A stretch of 64,000 nt of DNA from Spirochaetia bacterium (GTDB lineage Bacteria > Spirochaetota > Spirochaetia > SZUA-6 > Bin103). Each line of letters opens with the position of its first letter. The first letter of the stretch is position 1. The stretch spans positions 928,001-992,000 of the forward strand of contig CBDBDQ010000005.1 of assembly GCA_965203905.1 (NCBI GenBank), given 5' to 3'. The position numbers and the translations under genes are program-made. Positions 50,874 to 61,533 of the stretch are shown here, piece after piece. Under the pieces are notes generated by a model that worked only from the letters and a program-made list of their open reading frames with translations, was not told the origin of the DNA and made no database searches.

Positions 50874-51908
50874 ATGGCGCCGGGCCGCGGTGCGCCGGAA
50901 GCGGGGCCGTTGCCGGCGCCACCCGCGACCGAGGAATCACCCGCCGAGCTGGTGCTCGCCTCCCGCGGCAGCACCCTGGCGCTGGCCCAGGCGCGCCTGG
51001 TGCAGGCGGCACTTGGCACGGTCGAAGGCAATCCCACGTGCCGGATCATGCCGCTGACCACCCGCGGTGACCGCGATGGCGGCGCGCACGACCTGGCCGC
51101 GCTTGCCCGCACCAGTCCCGGCCTGTTTACCGCCGAGGTCGCGGCCGCGGTGCGCGACGGTGCCGCGGACGCGGCGGCGCATTCGCTCAAGGACCTGCCT
51201 TTGGAGCAGCCTCCCGGACTGTGTCTGGCGGCCATCCTGCCGCGGGCGGCGGCGCAGGACGTGCTGGTGATCGCTCCGCGCTGGTTCCGGCCCGCGGCGC
51301 CCCTTGGCCTGCGGCCCGGTGCCACGGTGGGCACCAGCTCCCCACGCCGTGCGGCGTTGCTGCGCCACTACGCGCCGCAGGCGCGGTCCACGGCCGTGCG
51401 CGGCAACGTGCCGACCCGTCTGCGGCGCTGCCGCGAAGGCGGCGTCGCGGCCCTGCTCCTGGCCCGTGCCGGACTGCAGCGGCTCGGGGCGGCGCTCGCA
51501 GGCTTGCGTCTGGTGGCCCTGCCGCCGGCCTGGTGGGCGCCGGCTCCGGGGCAGGGAGCGGTGGCCGTGCAGGCGCGCCACGGGAGTCCCGCCGCGGCCC
51601 GACTTGGCGCCATCGACCATGCGCCCACCCGCACCGCGGTGGCCCTGGAGCGGGCCCTGCTGCGGGCGCTCGGCGGTGGCTGCGGCGCCGCCTGCGGTGC
51701 CTTCGCAACGCCGGTGGGGGCTCGGCACTGGGTGCTGCACTACGGATTCGCGGCCGCGGCGGCGGACCGGCGCTGGCGGCGCTTTCGCCTGCACGACACG
51801 GCCGCCGGCTGTTTCCAGGCGCTCGCCGCGTGGGCCGGCGGGGAGGCGCCTCCGGGCACCGAGGAGACGGAGGCAGATGCGCACTGGAGCCTGGTTGACG
51901 AGCCGTGA
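50874..51908 (+). CDS. hemC: Hydroxymethylbilane synthase
   Basis: SRGSTLALAQ, HSLKD, GTSSPRR, RGNVPTRL, PAPGQGA, LGGGC. Confidence 0.9.
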   Translation: MAPGRGAPEAGPLPAPPATEESPAELVLASRGSTLALAQARLVQAALGTVEGNPTCRIMPLTTRGDRDGGAHDLAALARTSPGLFTAEVAAAVRDGAADAAAHSLKDLPLEQPPGLCLAAILPRAAAQDVLVIAPRWFRPAAPLGLRPGATVGTSSPRRAALLRHYAPQARSTAVRGNVPTRLRRCREGGVAALLLARAGLQRLGAALAGLRLVALPPAWWAPAPGQGAVAVQARHGSPAAARLGAIDHAPTRTAVALERALLRALGGGCGAACGAFATPVGARHWVLHYGFAAAAADRRWRRFRLHDTAAGCFQALAAWAGGEAPPGTEETEADAHWSLVDEP

Positions 51909-53215
51909 GCGGGCAGGGCACGGAGGGTGAGATCATGAGTGGGGTCAGACGGCGGCCGCGGTCGGAACGCCTTTACGCGCGGGCGCAGAAGCTGTTGCCG
52001 GGAGGCGTCAACAGCCCGGTACGCGCGTTCGGGGCGGTGGGCGGCACGCCGGTGTTCTTCGCCGAGGCCGCCGGCAGCCGGGTGCGGGACGCGGACGGTC
52101 ACGACTACGTCGACTTCTGCCAGTCGTGGGGACCGTTGATCCTCGGCCATGCCCACCCGGAAGTAGTGGCCGCGGTCCAGCACGCCGCGGCGCGCGGACT
52201 CTCCTTCGGGGCCTGCCACGCGGCCGAGGCGGAGCTGGCGGAGCTGATTCTGGCAGGCTATCCCGGCGCCGAGCGCGTGCGCCTGGTGAGCTCCGGCACC
52301 GAGGCGGTGATGACCGCGCTGCGCATCGCCCGCGGCGCCACCGGCAGGCCGCTGATCCTCAAGTTCGAGGGCGGCTACCACGGACATCACGACAGCCTGC
52401 TGGTGCAGGCGGGATCGGGGCTGGCCACCACCGGGCTGGCCAGCTCCGCGGGCGTCCCGGAGACGCTGGCGGCGGCCACGGTGGTGGCTCGTCTGGATGA
52501 CGAGGAATCGGTAGACGCCGCCTTCGCCGCCCACGGCAGCGACATCGCCGCGACCATCCTGGAGCCGGTTCCGGCCAACAACGGACTGCTGCCGCAGCGC
52601 CCGCGGTTCCTCGACCACGTCGCCGCCGCCACCCGCAACGCGGGAGCGCTGCTCATTGCCGACGAGGTGATCACCGGATTCCGGCTGCGCTATGGCGCCT
52701 CGGACGCCGCCGAGCGGCTGCAGCCCGACCTGGTCACGCTGGGCAAGATCATCGGCGGCGGGATGCCGATCGGCGCCGTGGCCGGCAGCGCACGCCTGCT
52801 GGAGCTGCTGGCGCCGGCCGGTCCGGTGTATCAGGCCGGGACCCTGAGCGGCAACCCGCTGTCGGTGGCGGCCGGTTGCGCCACCCTGCGGGCGCTGGCC
52901 GATCGGCAGCGCTACGCCGCCCTGGAGGAACTGGGCGCCGGCCTGGAGCGGTCGCTCGCCACGGCGGCCACGCCCGGCCTGCAGCTCGTCCGCCGCGGCT
53001 CGATGCTGTGGCCCTACTTCGGGTCAGGGCAGCCGCGCGCGGCGCACCAGATCGCGCAACCGGCAATCGACCGCTTCAACCGCGCCTACGCCGGCTTCCT
53101 GGAGCGCGGGCTCTACCTGCCGCCCTCCGGCTACGAGGTGGGGTTTCTGGCGACTGCGCACACCGCCGCCGAGTGCCGCGCGCTGGCGCAAGCCCTGGTC
53201 GCCGCCGCCGGGTAG
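51905..53215 (+). CDS. hemL: Glutamate-1-semialdehyde 2,1-aminomutase
   Basis: PGGVNSPVRAF, SSGTEA, GKIIGGG, YQAGTLSGNP. Confidence 0.95.
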   Translation: MSGQGTEGEIMSGVRRRPRSERLYARAQKLLPGGVNSPVRAFGAVGGTPVFFAEAAGSRVRDADGHDYVDFCQSWGPLILGHAHPEVVAAVQHAAARGLSFGACHAAEAELAELILAGYPGAERVRLVSSGTEAVMTALRIARGATGRPLILKFEGGYHGHHDSLLVQAGSGLATTGLASSAGVPETLAAATVVARLDDEESVDAAFAAHGSDIAATILEPVPANNGLLPQRPRFLDHVAAATRNAGALLIADEVITGFRLRYGASDAAERLQPDLVTLGKIIGGGMPIGAVAGSARLLELLAPAGPVYQAGTLSGNPLSVAAGCATLRALADRQRYAALEELGAGLERSLATAATPGLQLVRRGSMLWPYFGSGQPRAAHQIAQPAIDRFNRAYAGFLERGLYLPPSGYEVGFLATAHTAAECRALAQALVAAAG

Positions 53216-53229
53216 GGCGCGTCGTGCGG

Positions 53230-53727
53230 TCAGGGGGAGCCCAGCTCGGCGCCGGAGATGCCGACCTGAACGATCCGCGGCTGGTCGACCCCGGCGACCC
53301 CGACGTACTTGAAGATTGCGGCGTCGAGCTCGCGCGGTTGCGCCTCCTGCACGACGACACTCTCCATACCGTCGAGGAGGACGGCGAACGGTGCCGCCTG
53401 GGTGCCGGCCTGGGGGTCGGTCGGGAACGCGAAGTCGGCGCCCGGTAAATTGCTGAAGGCGATTTGCCCGTTCTCGTCACTGATCCAGAATTCGGAGATG
53501 ATCGACTGTTCCGCCACCTTGGCCAGTGCGGCATTGATCTCTTCCGTGGCCATTCCGGCCTTGCGTGCCGCGTCGATGAAGTAGGCCGTCAGCAGCGCCT
53601 GCGCGATCATGTGCTGTGAGGAAATGGTGTCGGCGGACGGACCTCCGTCGGCCACGGCTATCCCGCCCAGCAACAGGCAGCAGCCGACCCATGCGGCGGT
53701 CAGGACTCTCTTCATAACGGTCGGCAT
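53230..53727 (-). CDS. Hypothetical exported protein (possible stand-alone Cache/PDC-like domain)
   Basis: Signal peptide; ISEFWISDENG..FKYVGVAGVDQPRIVQVG. Confidence 0.55.
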   Translation of the reverse strand: MPTVMKRVLTAAWVGCCLLLGGIAVADGGPSADTISSQHMIAQALLTAYFIDAARKAGMATEEINAALAKVAEQSIISEFWISDENGQIAFSNLPGADFAFPTDPQAGTQAAPFAVLLDGMESVVVQEAQPRELDAAIFKYVGVAGVDQPRIVQVGISGAELGSP

Positions 53728-53788
53728 TGTGGGTGGGCAACGGTTGCCCTGTCAATTCGACGACCGGGCCCGGTACCCGCCGGGGACT

Positions 53789-54610
53789 CTAGGGCGCAGC
53801 GACCTGGGCCGCCGTTGTCGCGGCCGCTTCGAGTGCGGGCTGTGCCAGGAACACCGTGCGCTGCTCAGGATCGTTGAGCAGGGTGTCGAGCGGCAGGCCG
53901 CCGTTGCCCACGATCACCTCGATGCCACGGGTCGTCATCCGTTCCGCGGCGACCACCTTCGAATACATCCCGCCCAGTCCGACGGCCGACGGCGTGCCCC
54001 AGGCCAGCGCCTTGGTCTCCGCGGTCACCGCCGTCACGGTGCGTACCAGGGTCTCGTCCGAGGCACCGTCGGAACCCGCCCGGCGGTACATCAGTCCGGC
54101 CACGTCCGTAAGCAGCAATGCCTGGTCGACGTGCAGGCGCTCGGCCACCAGGGCGGCCAGAATGTCGTTGTCGGTGAAGTGGCCGCGGTGCTCCAGCTCC
54201 TCCTTGTTCACCATGTCGTTCTCGTTGATGATGGGTACGATCCCGCGCTGCAGATAGGCCAGCAGCAGCTCGGTCACGGTGCGCTCCTCGCGGGGAGTGG
54301 CGAAGCTGTAGTGGGTCAGCAGCAGCTGCGCGGTCTGCCGCCCGTAGTAGCCGAGGTAGTCGCGGTAGTACTTCATCAGCCGCGTCTGCCCGATTCCGGC
54401 CAGGATCTGCAGCTCCAGGGTCTCGCTCGGCCGTTGCGTCAATCCGACCACCTCCATCCCGGCCGCCACCGCACCCGAGCTCACCAGCACGATACGGTCG
54501 CCGGCAGCCATCAGGGCCGCGACTTCGGCGCACTTGGTCACCAGGAAGACGTGATCCAGGCGACCCGAGGGTCCGATCAGGCTGCTGCCGATCTTGATCA
54601 GGCGCGTCAT
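53789..54610 (-). CDS. proB: Glutamate 5-kinase (no PUA domain)
   Basis: IKIGSS, VSSGAV, PIINEND, DNDILAA, GGMYSKV. Confidence 0.92.
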   Translation of the reverse strand: MTRLIKIGSSLIGPSGRLDHVFLVTKCAEVAALMAAGDRIVLVSSGAVAAGMEVVGLTQRPSETLELQILAGIGQTRLMKYYRDYLGYYGRQTAQLLLTHYSFATPREERTVTELLLAYLQRGIVPIINENDMVNKEELEHRGHFTDNDILAALVAERLHVDQALLLTDVAGLMYRRAGSDGASDETLVRTVTAVTAETKALAWGTPSAVGLGGMYSKVVAAERMTTRGIEVIVGNGGLPLDTLLNDPEQRTVFLAQPALEAAATTAAQVAAP

Positions 54611-55908
54611 GGGGCGAGCTCCTCGAAGTGGAACCTGCGGGCGCCGCCCTCGTAGTCGGCCACCACCTGGCCGCTGCCGCGCACCTGGTACTTGTAGGTG
54701 ACCAGACCGTCGAGGCCCACCGGACCGCGCGCATGAATGCGGTTGGTGGAGATGCCGACCTCGGCCCCCATGCCGAAACGAAAGCCGTCGGCAAAGCGCG
54801 TGGAGGCGTTCCACAGCACGGTAGCGGAATCGACCCGGGCCAGGAAATCGTCGGCGGCCACGGGGTCGGCGGTGACGATGGTGTCGGTGTGATGGCTGCC
54901 ATGGGCGTTGATGAACTCGATCGCCTGGTCGCGGCTCTCCACCACCTTGATCGCCAGCACCAGGTCCAGGTACTCGGTGTCCCAGTCCGCGGCGCTGCAC
55001 GGCGCGGCGTCCACCAGCGCGCAGGTGGCGGCGTCGCCGCGCAACTCCACTCCCGCGGCGCGCAACTCCGCCGCCGCGGCCGGCAGGAAGCGCTCGGCGA
55101 CGGCGGAGTGCACCAGCAGCGTCTCGACGGCGTTGCACACTGCCGGGTACTGGGTCTTGGCATCGCGGGTGATGCGCGTCGCCATCGGCAGATCGGCGGC
55201 GGCGTCCACGTAGACGTGACAGATCCCGTCGGCGTGGCCCAGCACCGGAATGCGGGTGGCGTCCTTGATGCTCCGCACCAGCTCGTTGCTGCCGCGCGGG
55301 ATGATCAGGTCCACCAGCTCGTCCAACTCCAGCAGGGACTGGATCTCCGCCCGCGTCGCCGCCAGGTGCAGCGCGCCCGCCAGCGCCGTATCGGCGCGCA
55401 GCGCATCGTCGATGGCCGCGAACAGCGCCGCGTTGGTGCGACTCGCCTCCGAGCCGCCCTTGAGGATGGCCGCGTTGCCCGCCTTCAGGCACAGCGTGGC
55501 GATCTGCACCAGCGCGTCGGGCCGTGACTCGAACACCACTCCCAGCACCCCGATCGGCACCGCGATGCGGGTCAGCACGAAGTCGTCGTCCAGCCGCCGC
55601 CGCCACTGCACCGCGCCCACCGGATCGGGCAGCGCGACCAGTTGCCGCACCCCTTCCACCACGCCGGCGAACTTCTTCTCCAGTCCGAGGCGCTGGATCA
55701 GCGGCGGCGCCACGCCGGCGACGGCAGCGTGCTCCAGGTCGGCGCGGTTGGCCGCCAGGATGAGATCGCGCTGCGCTTCCAGGTTGGCGGCGATGCGTCC
55801 CAACGCGGCGTTCTTGGCTGCGGTCGAGGCGGTGGCCAGGCGGTGGCTGGCGGCGCGGGCGGCCTGGGCCGTTTCCCGTACCGCGGCCGTGGAAGAATCA
55901 GCTGCCAT
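54607..55908 (-). CDS. proA: Gamma-glutamyl phosphate reductase
   Basis: FESRP, LKGGSEA, NASTRFADG, HARGPVGL. Confidence 0.96.
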   Translation of the reverse strand: MAADSSTAAVRETAQAARAASHRLATASTAAKNAALGRIAANLEAQRDLILAANRADLEHAAVAGVAPPLIQRLGLEKKFAGVVEGVRQLVALPDPVGAVQWRRRLDDDFVLTRIAVPIGVLGVVFESRPDALVQIATLCLKAGNAAILKGGSEASRTNAALFAAIDDALRADTALAGALHLAATRAEIQSLLELDELVDLIIPRGSNELVRSIKDATRIPVLGHADGICHVYVDAAADLPMATRITRDAKTQYPAVCNAVETLLVHSAVAERFLPAAAAELRAAGVELRGDAATCALVDAAPCSAADWDTEYLDLVLAIKVVESRDQAIEFINAHGSHHTDTIVTADPVAADDFLARVDSATVLWNASTRFADGFRFGMGAEVGISTNRIHARGPVGLDGLVTYKYQVRGSGQVVADYEGGARRFHFEELAP

Positions 55909-55911
55909 GCG

Positions 55912-56703
55912 TCAAGCCCTCCCCAACTCACGGCTGCGGTTGGTGGCGGCTGCCACCGTGCGCTCCAGGGCCCCGCGCACGGCCCCCGCCTCCAGTTCGC
56001 GGCGGCCGGCCACGGTGGTGCCGCCCGGGGAGCTCACCATCTGCACCAGGTCGTCCGGCGCCATGGCGCGCCGCTGCATCAGCAGAGCGGTGCCGAGCGC
56101 GGTCTGCACCGTTAGTGCCGCGGCCACCCGCGGCTGCAGCCCCTGCTGCACGCCGGCGGCGCTGAGCCACTCGATGCAGCGCGCGAAATAGGCGGGACCC
56201 GAGCCGCTCAGGCCGGTCACGGCATCGAGCTGCTCCTCCGGGACCTCGTGTGCCTCTCCCGCCGCCGCCAGCAGGCGTGCCACCAGCTCGCGATCGCCGG
56301 CGCCCGTGCCGGGTCCCATGGCGAACCCGGCCGCCATCGCACCCACCAGGCAGGGCGTGTTGGGCATCACCCGGACCAGCCGGGCGCGCGGCATGAGGGT
56401 CGCCAGCCGTGCCAGCGACACGCCGGCGAGAATCGAGATGATCAGCCCGTCGCTGTCGTGCAGGCCGGCGGTGGCGGCGGCCACGTCCTGCGGCTTGACC
56501 GCCAGGAAGCAGGCGTCGGCGCCGCGGCACGCCGCGGCGCCATCGGCCGCGACCGTCACGCCCTGCAACTCGCGACAGAACAGCGCGCAGCGCTCATCCA
56601 GCTTGTCATGCACGGCGATCCGTCCCGCCAAGCCAGCGCCCTGCAGGCAGCCGGCCAGCGCGAATCCCATGTTGCCGGCCCCTATGAAGCCAATCGTGCT
56701 CAC
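55912..56703 (-). CDS. proC: Pyrroline-5-carboxylate reductase
   Basis: GFIGAGNMG, RVMPNTP, SGSGPAY, SPGGTT. Confidence 0.94.
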   Translation of the reverse strand: MSTIGFIGAGNMGFALAGCLQGAGLAGRIAVHDKLDERCALFCRELQGVTVAADGAAACRGADACFLAVKPQDVAAATAGLHDSDGLIISILAGVSLARLATLMPRARLVRVMPNTPCLVGAMAAGFAMGPGTGAGDRELVARLLAAAGEAHEVPEEQLDAVTGLSGSGPAYFARCIEWLSAAGVQQGLQPRVAAALTVQTALGTALLMQRRAMAPDDLVQMVSSPGGTTVAGRRELEAGAVRGALERTVAAATNRSRELGRA

Positions 56704-58066
56704 GGTCGAGGGACCATAGCAGGCCGCCCGGCGCAAAGCAACGGCCTGCCCCGGCGCGTAACCGGTACCGCGGTGCGGTTGCCATTGGCCGCTGGTGAAA
56801 CACGCCCTGGACACCGGCGACCACCACGCCGCCGCGCATACTGCGAAGAGGGTCCACCATCCTCGCAGTGCTTTGCTGCACGCACCGCGGTTTCGATGCT
56901 CGTCAGATTACAGTCGTGCCTCGCATGTAGTATTGATGGATGTCACTGATGACAAAGGACGCTCCCCAAGTGTATCACGAAGGTCGAATGACAACCGTGT
57001 CGCGCGCAGGCTACGGCGGATCAAGCGGCCGCACACGCAGTGAGCGCGTGCCCGAACAGCCCCTACACCGCCCGCCGCTCGGGCAGCCGCGGCGCCAGGT
57101 ACCGGTATCCCCAGCACAGCAGGCCCGTAGCGCCACTTCCGCCATCCCCGAACCCGCGCTTGAACCGGTCGGTTCTTGCGCCTTTCGCCACCAAGCCGCG
57201 CGAGAGTTGCAGGAGGAGATCAGCCGCCCGCACCGCGCGGAGGCCACGCAAGAGTGTCATTCATGTCGTACGCGAGCCGCTCCAGCTATCGAGTGGACTG
57301 CAACCGGTGTCCAGGCGTACCCGGCCGGGCCCAGTCACAATTCATGAATTGACACTCAAGATCCCTCGAATGTCATTCACGAAACAAGTATTCGGCGGTT
57401 CGAGTGACCCCCGGTGACGTTCATGGCAGTAACCTGCGACATTCACTTCGAGACAACTTCCGCCACGAAATGCGGCGCACACTCCCTTCAAAAGTCTTCT
57501 TCTTTTCGGCACCGCGAGCGGACAATGGCAACCAGGAAGACTGCAACTCTTTTTCTGACTTCGGGACCTCTCCGCAAGTCGGGATGAACGGCTCGTCCAA
57601 GGGGTACAACCGATGCGCCGTGGATACCGTTCGATCTCGTTCCACGCTGGCCCGGGGGCAGCCTGGTGACCGGCGATCCACCTTATGGCATCAGGAGATA
57701 AGGAAATGGTCCGTAGCCCGCTACGCATGGCATCAGACACACTCGTAGCTACTCCGATCACCTGACACCAAGCGCCGACAATTGCATCACTCGAGAGCAC
57801 ATTGATCACTTGAGACTGACCATGTTCATTGACGTTGCAGCAAGTTGAGAGGTCCGGATGACACCGGTGTCGTCCCCAGTAGCACCTGTGAAACCGACGT
57901 TATCGGCGCCCGGCCACGATCCGCTCGAGGTGGCTCGGAGGGGGCGCCGTGTTGCATGTTGCGACGACGCCCAGTATAATCTGGTTCCAATACGGATCGC
58001 AGTTTCAGGTGGGAAACCAAAGAGATCTGGTACCAGCACCCAGGACCAAGTTACGGCTGGAATCGC

Positions 58067-59104
58067 TTGGCGGCGCAGAAACACATGGATAACGAGTCTC
58101 ACTCGGCATCGCAATCGGGTGTCCGGACGCGCGCTCCCCGAGGCATGCAGACGGCGTATCTGGAGATGCTCAGCCCAGGGATGATCCGGATCTCCCTCAC
58201 GATGGTGGTCGTGGGCACGGCCACCTTCAGCATCGTCGGCCCGATAGGTACCTACATCACGATCAGCGCCCCGGACCGCGTGGTGCTGTGTACCGTCGCC
58301 GCTGTCTTCAGTTGGCCTATCTGCTACTCGCTGAGCGTGGTAACCGCCTACTGCGCACGCTTCCGCTCGCCGCGCCAGGCCGGGTTGGCAATCGCGCTGG
58401 TCCTGGCCGTCGCGGCCCTGCCCTGTACCGCCATCCTGTATACGGTCCTGGCGCTGTTCTACCCCCACTACCATGCCCCGATCGGCTTCCTGGCAATCTA
58501 CCTGATGACGGCCATTGCCGTGGTGGTGTGCCACTCATTCTTCCATTACGTGCTCTGCCAACGCATCAAGCAGGCCTCCCCGGAACCGGCGCGGGCGCTC
58601 AGCGGCGAACCTGAACCTGGAGCCGCCGACAGCGACGGGACCGAGCCGGCGCTGCAGCCTCCCGGCCAGCCCGCGGACGGGCCACCGGCGGACACAGCGA
58701 CCCCTGATACCACTCCAGCCACCACCCCGCCACCAGTTGTGCCGCCCGCCACCGGCACCGACGCCGCGCCCGGCGACCCTGAATCGCGCACACCGCGCTT
58801 CGATCACCCGCTCGGCGAATCCGCCGCCGACGTGATCTTCGTCAAGACCGAGGGCCGCTACGTGCAGGTTCACACCACCACCGGCAGCAGCCGCGTGATA
58901 GCGCGCTTCGCGGATGTCGTGGCACAGTTCGGAGATCGCGGGATGCAGGTGCACCGGTCGTACTGGGTCTCCCATCATCACGCCAGGGAACTGGTGAAGC
59001 GGGACACCCATACCCTGGTGCGCCTCAGCAACGGCCGCGAGCTACCGGTGAGCCGCACCTACCTCGCCGCGGTGCGCGCCGTCATGGGTTCCCGCAGCAC
59101 CTGA
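58067..59104 (+). CDS. Membrane-anchored LytTR-domain transcriptional regulator
   Basis: About four TM helices, Pro/Thr linker, GMQVHRSYWV..LPVSRTY; start uncertain. Confidence 0.8.
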   Translation: MAAQKHMDNESHSASQSGVRTRAPRGMQTAYLEMLSPGMIRISLTMVVVGTATFSIVGPIGTYITISAPDRVVLCTVAAVFSWPICYSLSVVTAYCARFRSPRQAGLAIALVLAVAALPCTAILYTVLALFYPHYHAPIGFLAIYLMTAIAVVVCHSFFHYVLCQRIKQASPEPARALSGEPEPGAADSDGTEPALQPPGQPADGPPADTATPDTTPATTPPPVVPPATGTDAAPGDPESRTPRFDHPLGESAADVIFVKTEGRYVQVHTTTGSSRVIARFADVVAQFGDRGMQVHRSYWVSHHHARELVKRDTHTLVRLSNGRELPVSRTYLAAVRAVMGSRST

Positions 59105-59124
59105 GGTACACGGCATCCCGGAAG

Positions 59125-60459
59125 CTATAGCTGCGCCACCAGGACGCGCGAGTTGCGGCTGCGGTCGTAGCCGCCCCGGCGGCCGGCCGGCAGCGTGTCC
59201 GGAGACGCCTCGGTGAACCCCTGCTCCATGAAGAAGTCCGCCGACTGGGTGGTCAATACCAGCACCCGGAGCGCGCTTCGCACCCGCGCCTGCTGCAGCA
59301 GATAATTCACCATGCGCGCGCCGGTGCCGCCGCCGCGGTAGCTCTCGCTTACCACCAGGCTCTCGATCTCGGCGCTGCGATCATCGAGCAGGCGCAGCGC
59401 GGCGCAGCCCTGCACGGTGTCATCGACCCGGTACACGTAGTATTGGTCCAGCCGCTCCGCGACGTCGGTCGCGGACCTCGGCACTAGCAGTCCGGCATCG
59501 ATCTGCGGCTGTATCAGACGCATGATCTCCGCTACGTCGGCCGCGCGTGCCGCTTCGATGTCGATGTATTGATCGGCGTAGAACATGGTGCCGACGCCGG
59601 CGGCGGAAAAGATCTCGTCGATCAGAATGCCGTCGCGCCGCCCATCCACCACGTGCACCCGGTCCACGCCTCCGGCACAGGCGCTGACCGCGGCGCGGAT
59701 CAAGGCGCGGCCGTCGGCTTCGAGTCGCTCCCCGCAACGCTCCAGCAGACGCTCGGCGGCACGGTAGTCCACGCTGGAGTAGTACCCGTCGGGCCGCGTC
59801 GCCAGTTCGACTCCCGCGCATGGTACGGCGCCGACTCCCGCAGCGGTCCCCACCAGAAACACTTTGGCCGCCTGCAGCGCGCGCGCCACCGCCACCACCA
59901 GTTCGAGACTGGATATGTTGTACGCCTTGCCGACCGCGTTCCAGCCGATGTTGGAGATGATCGGGACGGCGCCCGTGTCCAGCAGTGCGCGCAACAGATC
60001 CGCGTCGATGCGTTCCACCCTGCCGGTGCGTTGAAAGTCGATGCCGTCCACCACCCCGGCGGTGCGCGCCCGCACCCAGTTGCCCACCACGGCGCGCGCG
60101 CCGTTCTCGGTGAGCAGGGACAGCAGCTCGTTGACCACGGTGGCCGAACCCCGCATCACCGCGGCCATATCCGCTTCCCGGGTAATGCGTCGCTCGCCGA
60201 TGCCGGCCGGTGGTGCCGGCGTTTCAGGCAGGGCCGCGGCCGCGCTGCCCAGTGCCGCGTCGATGGCGTGGCGGGCGCCCGGCACCAGCACGGTTCGGAT
60301 TCCCATGCGCTGCAGGTGCACGATGTCCTTGATCAGCATCGGAAACAGTGGTGCGCCGAGCAGGTCGTCCTCGATCCGCAGGACGAACAGGCGCCCACGG
60401 TAATGGCTCAGGTAGGTGAGCACGTCACGGGTCGCGGCGACGGAGGCGGCGGCGGACAT
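59125..60459 (-). CDS. argA: Amino-acid N-acetyltransferase (AAK + GNAT)
   Basis: YLSHYRGRLFV, GIDFQRTGRVE, GVDRVH, LTTQ, RNSRVL. Confidence 0.88.
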   Translation of the reverse strand: MSAAASVAATRDVLTYLSHYRGRLFVLRIEDDLLGAPLFPMLIKDIVHLQRMGIRTVLVPGARHAIDAALGSAAAALPETPAPPAGIGERRITREADMAAVMRGSATVVNELLSLLTENGARAVVGNWVRARTAGVVDGIDFQRTGRVERIDADLLRALLDTGAVPIISNIGWNAVGKAYNISSLELVVAVARALQAAKVFLVGTAAGVGAVPCAGVELATRPDGYYSSVDYRAAERLLERCGERLEADGRALIRAAVSACAGGVDRVHVVDGRRDGILIDEIFSAAGVGTMFYADQYIDIEAARAADVAEIMRLIQPQIDAGLLVPRSATDVAERLDQYYVYRVDDTVQGCAALRLLDDRSAEIESLVVSESYRGGGTGARMVNYLLQQARVRSALRVLVLTTQSADFFMEQGFTEASPDTLPAGRRGGYDRSRNSRVLVAQL

Positions 60460-60589
60460 GGCGCCATTGTCACCGCGCTGCACGGCCCGCTCAAGGGGCC
60501 GCGCCCGGGGGCCAGGCGTCGACGCTGCCGCCGCTCCCGTGCTACCTGATGGGTGATGAACCGGGGCAAGACCGGAAGCGGTCCCTTGT

Positions 60590-61393
60590 ATGCGCTCGCG
60601 GAGGGATAGGTCCCTGGCATTCGGCGTGGCGGCCATCCTCCTCGTCGCGCTCGCTTTGGTGGCCGCGGCGTTCGGTCTGCAGCGGCCGCTGATGTACCCG
60701 CGGCCGCCGCGACCGGCGGTTGCGCCACCACTGCCGACCGGCGCCGAGCGGCACTGGCTCGGGCCGGCGAACGCCGTGGAGACCTGGCTGCTGCGGCCCA
60801 CCGCGGCGTCTGCTCCATTCCCGCTCATCATCTACACGCACGGCAACGGCGAGCTGATAGATCATTGGATCGAACCGTTCTCCGCCATCACCGCCGCGGG
60901 CATCGGCGTGCTGCTGGTCGAATACCCCGGCTACGGCCGCTCCGGGGGCAGGCCCAGCCGGCAGTCGATCGCGGCCACGATCATCGCCGCGTACGACTTC
61001 GCGCGTGACCATCCCGACGTCGACGCCGGTCGCATCGTGGCCTACGGGCGCTCGCTGGGCGGGGCCGCCGCCTGCGTGCTCGCCGCCCAACGGCCGCTTG
61101 CGGCGCTGGTGCTGGAGTCGACCTTCACCAGTACCGCGGACCTGATGCCCCGGTTCCTGCCGCGGGCATGGGTGCTGGACCCGTTCGACAGCCTCACCGT
61201 GGTGGCTGCCCGGGTCGCGCCGACTCTGGTGCTGCACGGCGTTCGGGACCGCATCATCCCGTATACGCACGGCGAGGCACTGGCCCGTGCCGCCGAAACC
61301 GCTCTGGTGAGCATGCCGTGCGGGCACAACGACTGTCCCCGCCCCTGGAGCGCGCTGCTTCGGTTCCTGCGCCAACAGGGGATCGTTTCGTAG
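60590..61393 (+). CDS. Alpha/beta hydrolase (ABHD-like)
   Basis: HGNGE, EYPGYGRS, GRSLG, HGVRD, GHND. Confidence 0.88.
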   Translation: MRSRRDRSLAFGVAAILLVALALVAAAFGLQRPLMYPRPPRPAVAPPLPTGAERHWLGPANAVETWLLRPTAASAPFPLIIYTHGNGELIDHWIEPFSAITAAGIGVLLVEYPGYGRSGGRPSRQSIAATIIAAYDFARDHPDVDAGRIVAYGRSLGGAAACVLAAQRPLAALVLESTFTSTADLMPRFLPRAWVLDPFDSLTVVAARVAPTLVLHGVRDRIIPYTHGEALARAAETALVSMPCGHNDCPRPWSALLRFLRQQGIVS

Positions 61394-61533
61394 CGGCCTC
61401 GGTTGCACATCCGCCACGCTGCCGGTAGATTCGGCCACCACGCGATATCGCGTCGTGTGTTCCATAATTCGCCAAACTATCTGGGAGTCGCTGTGAGCCA
61501 TCCCCAAGAGGCCGCGCATCGGGCGGCCACGGC

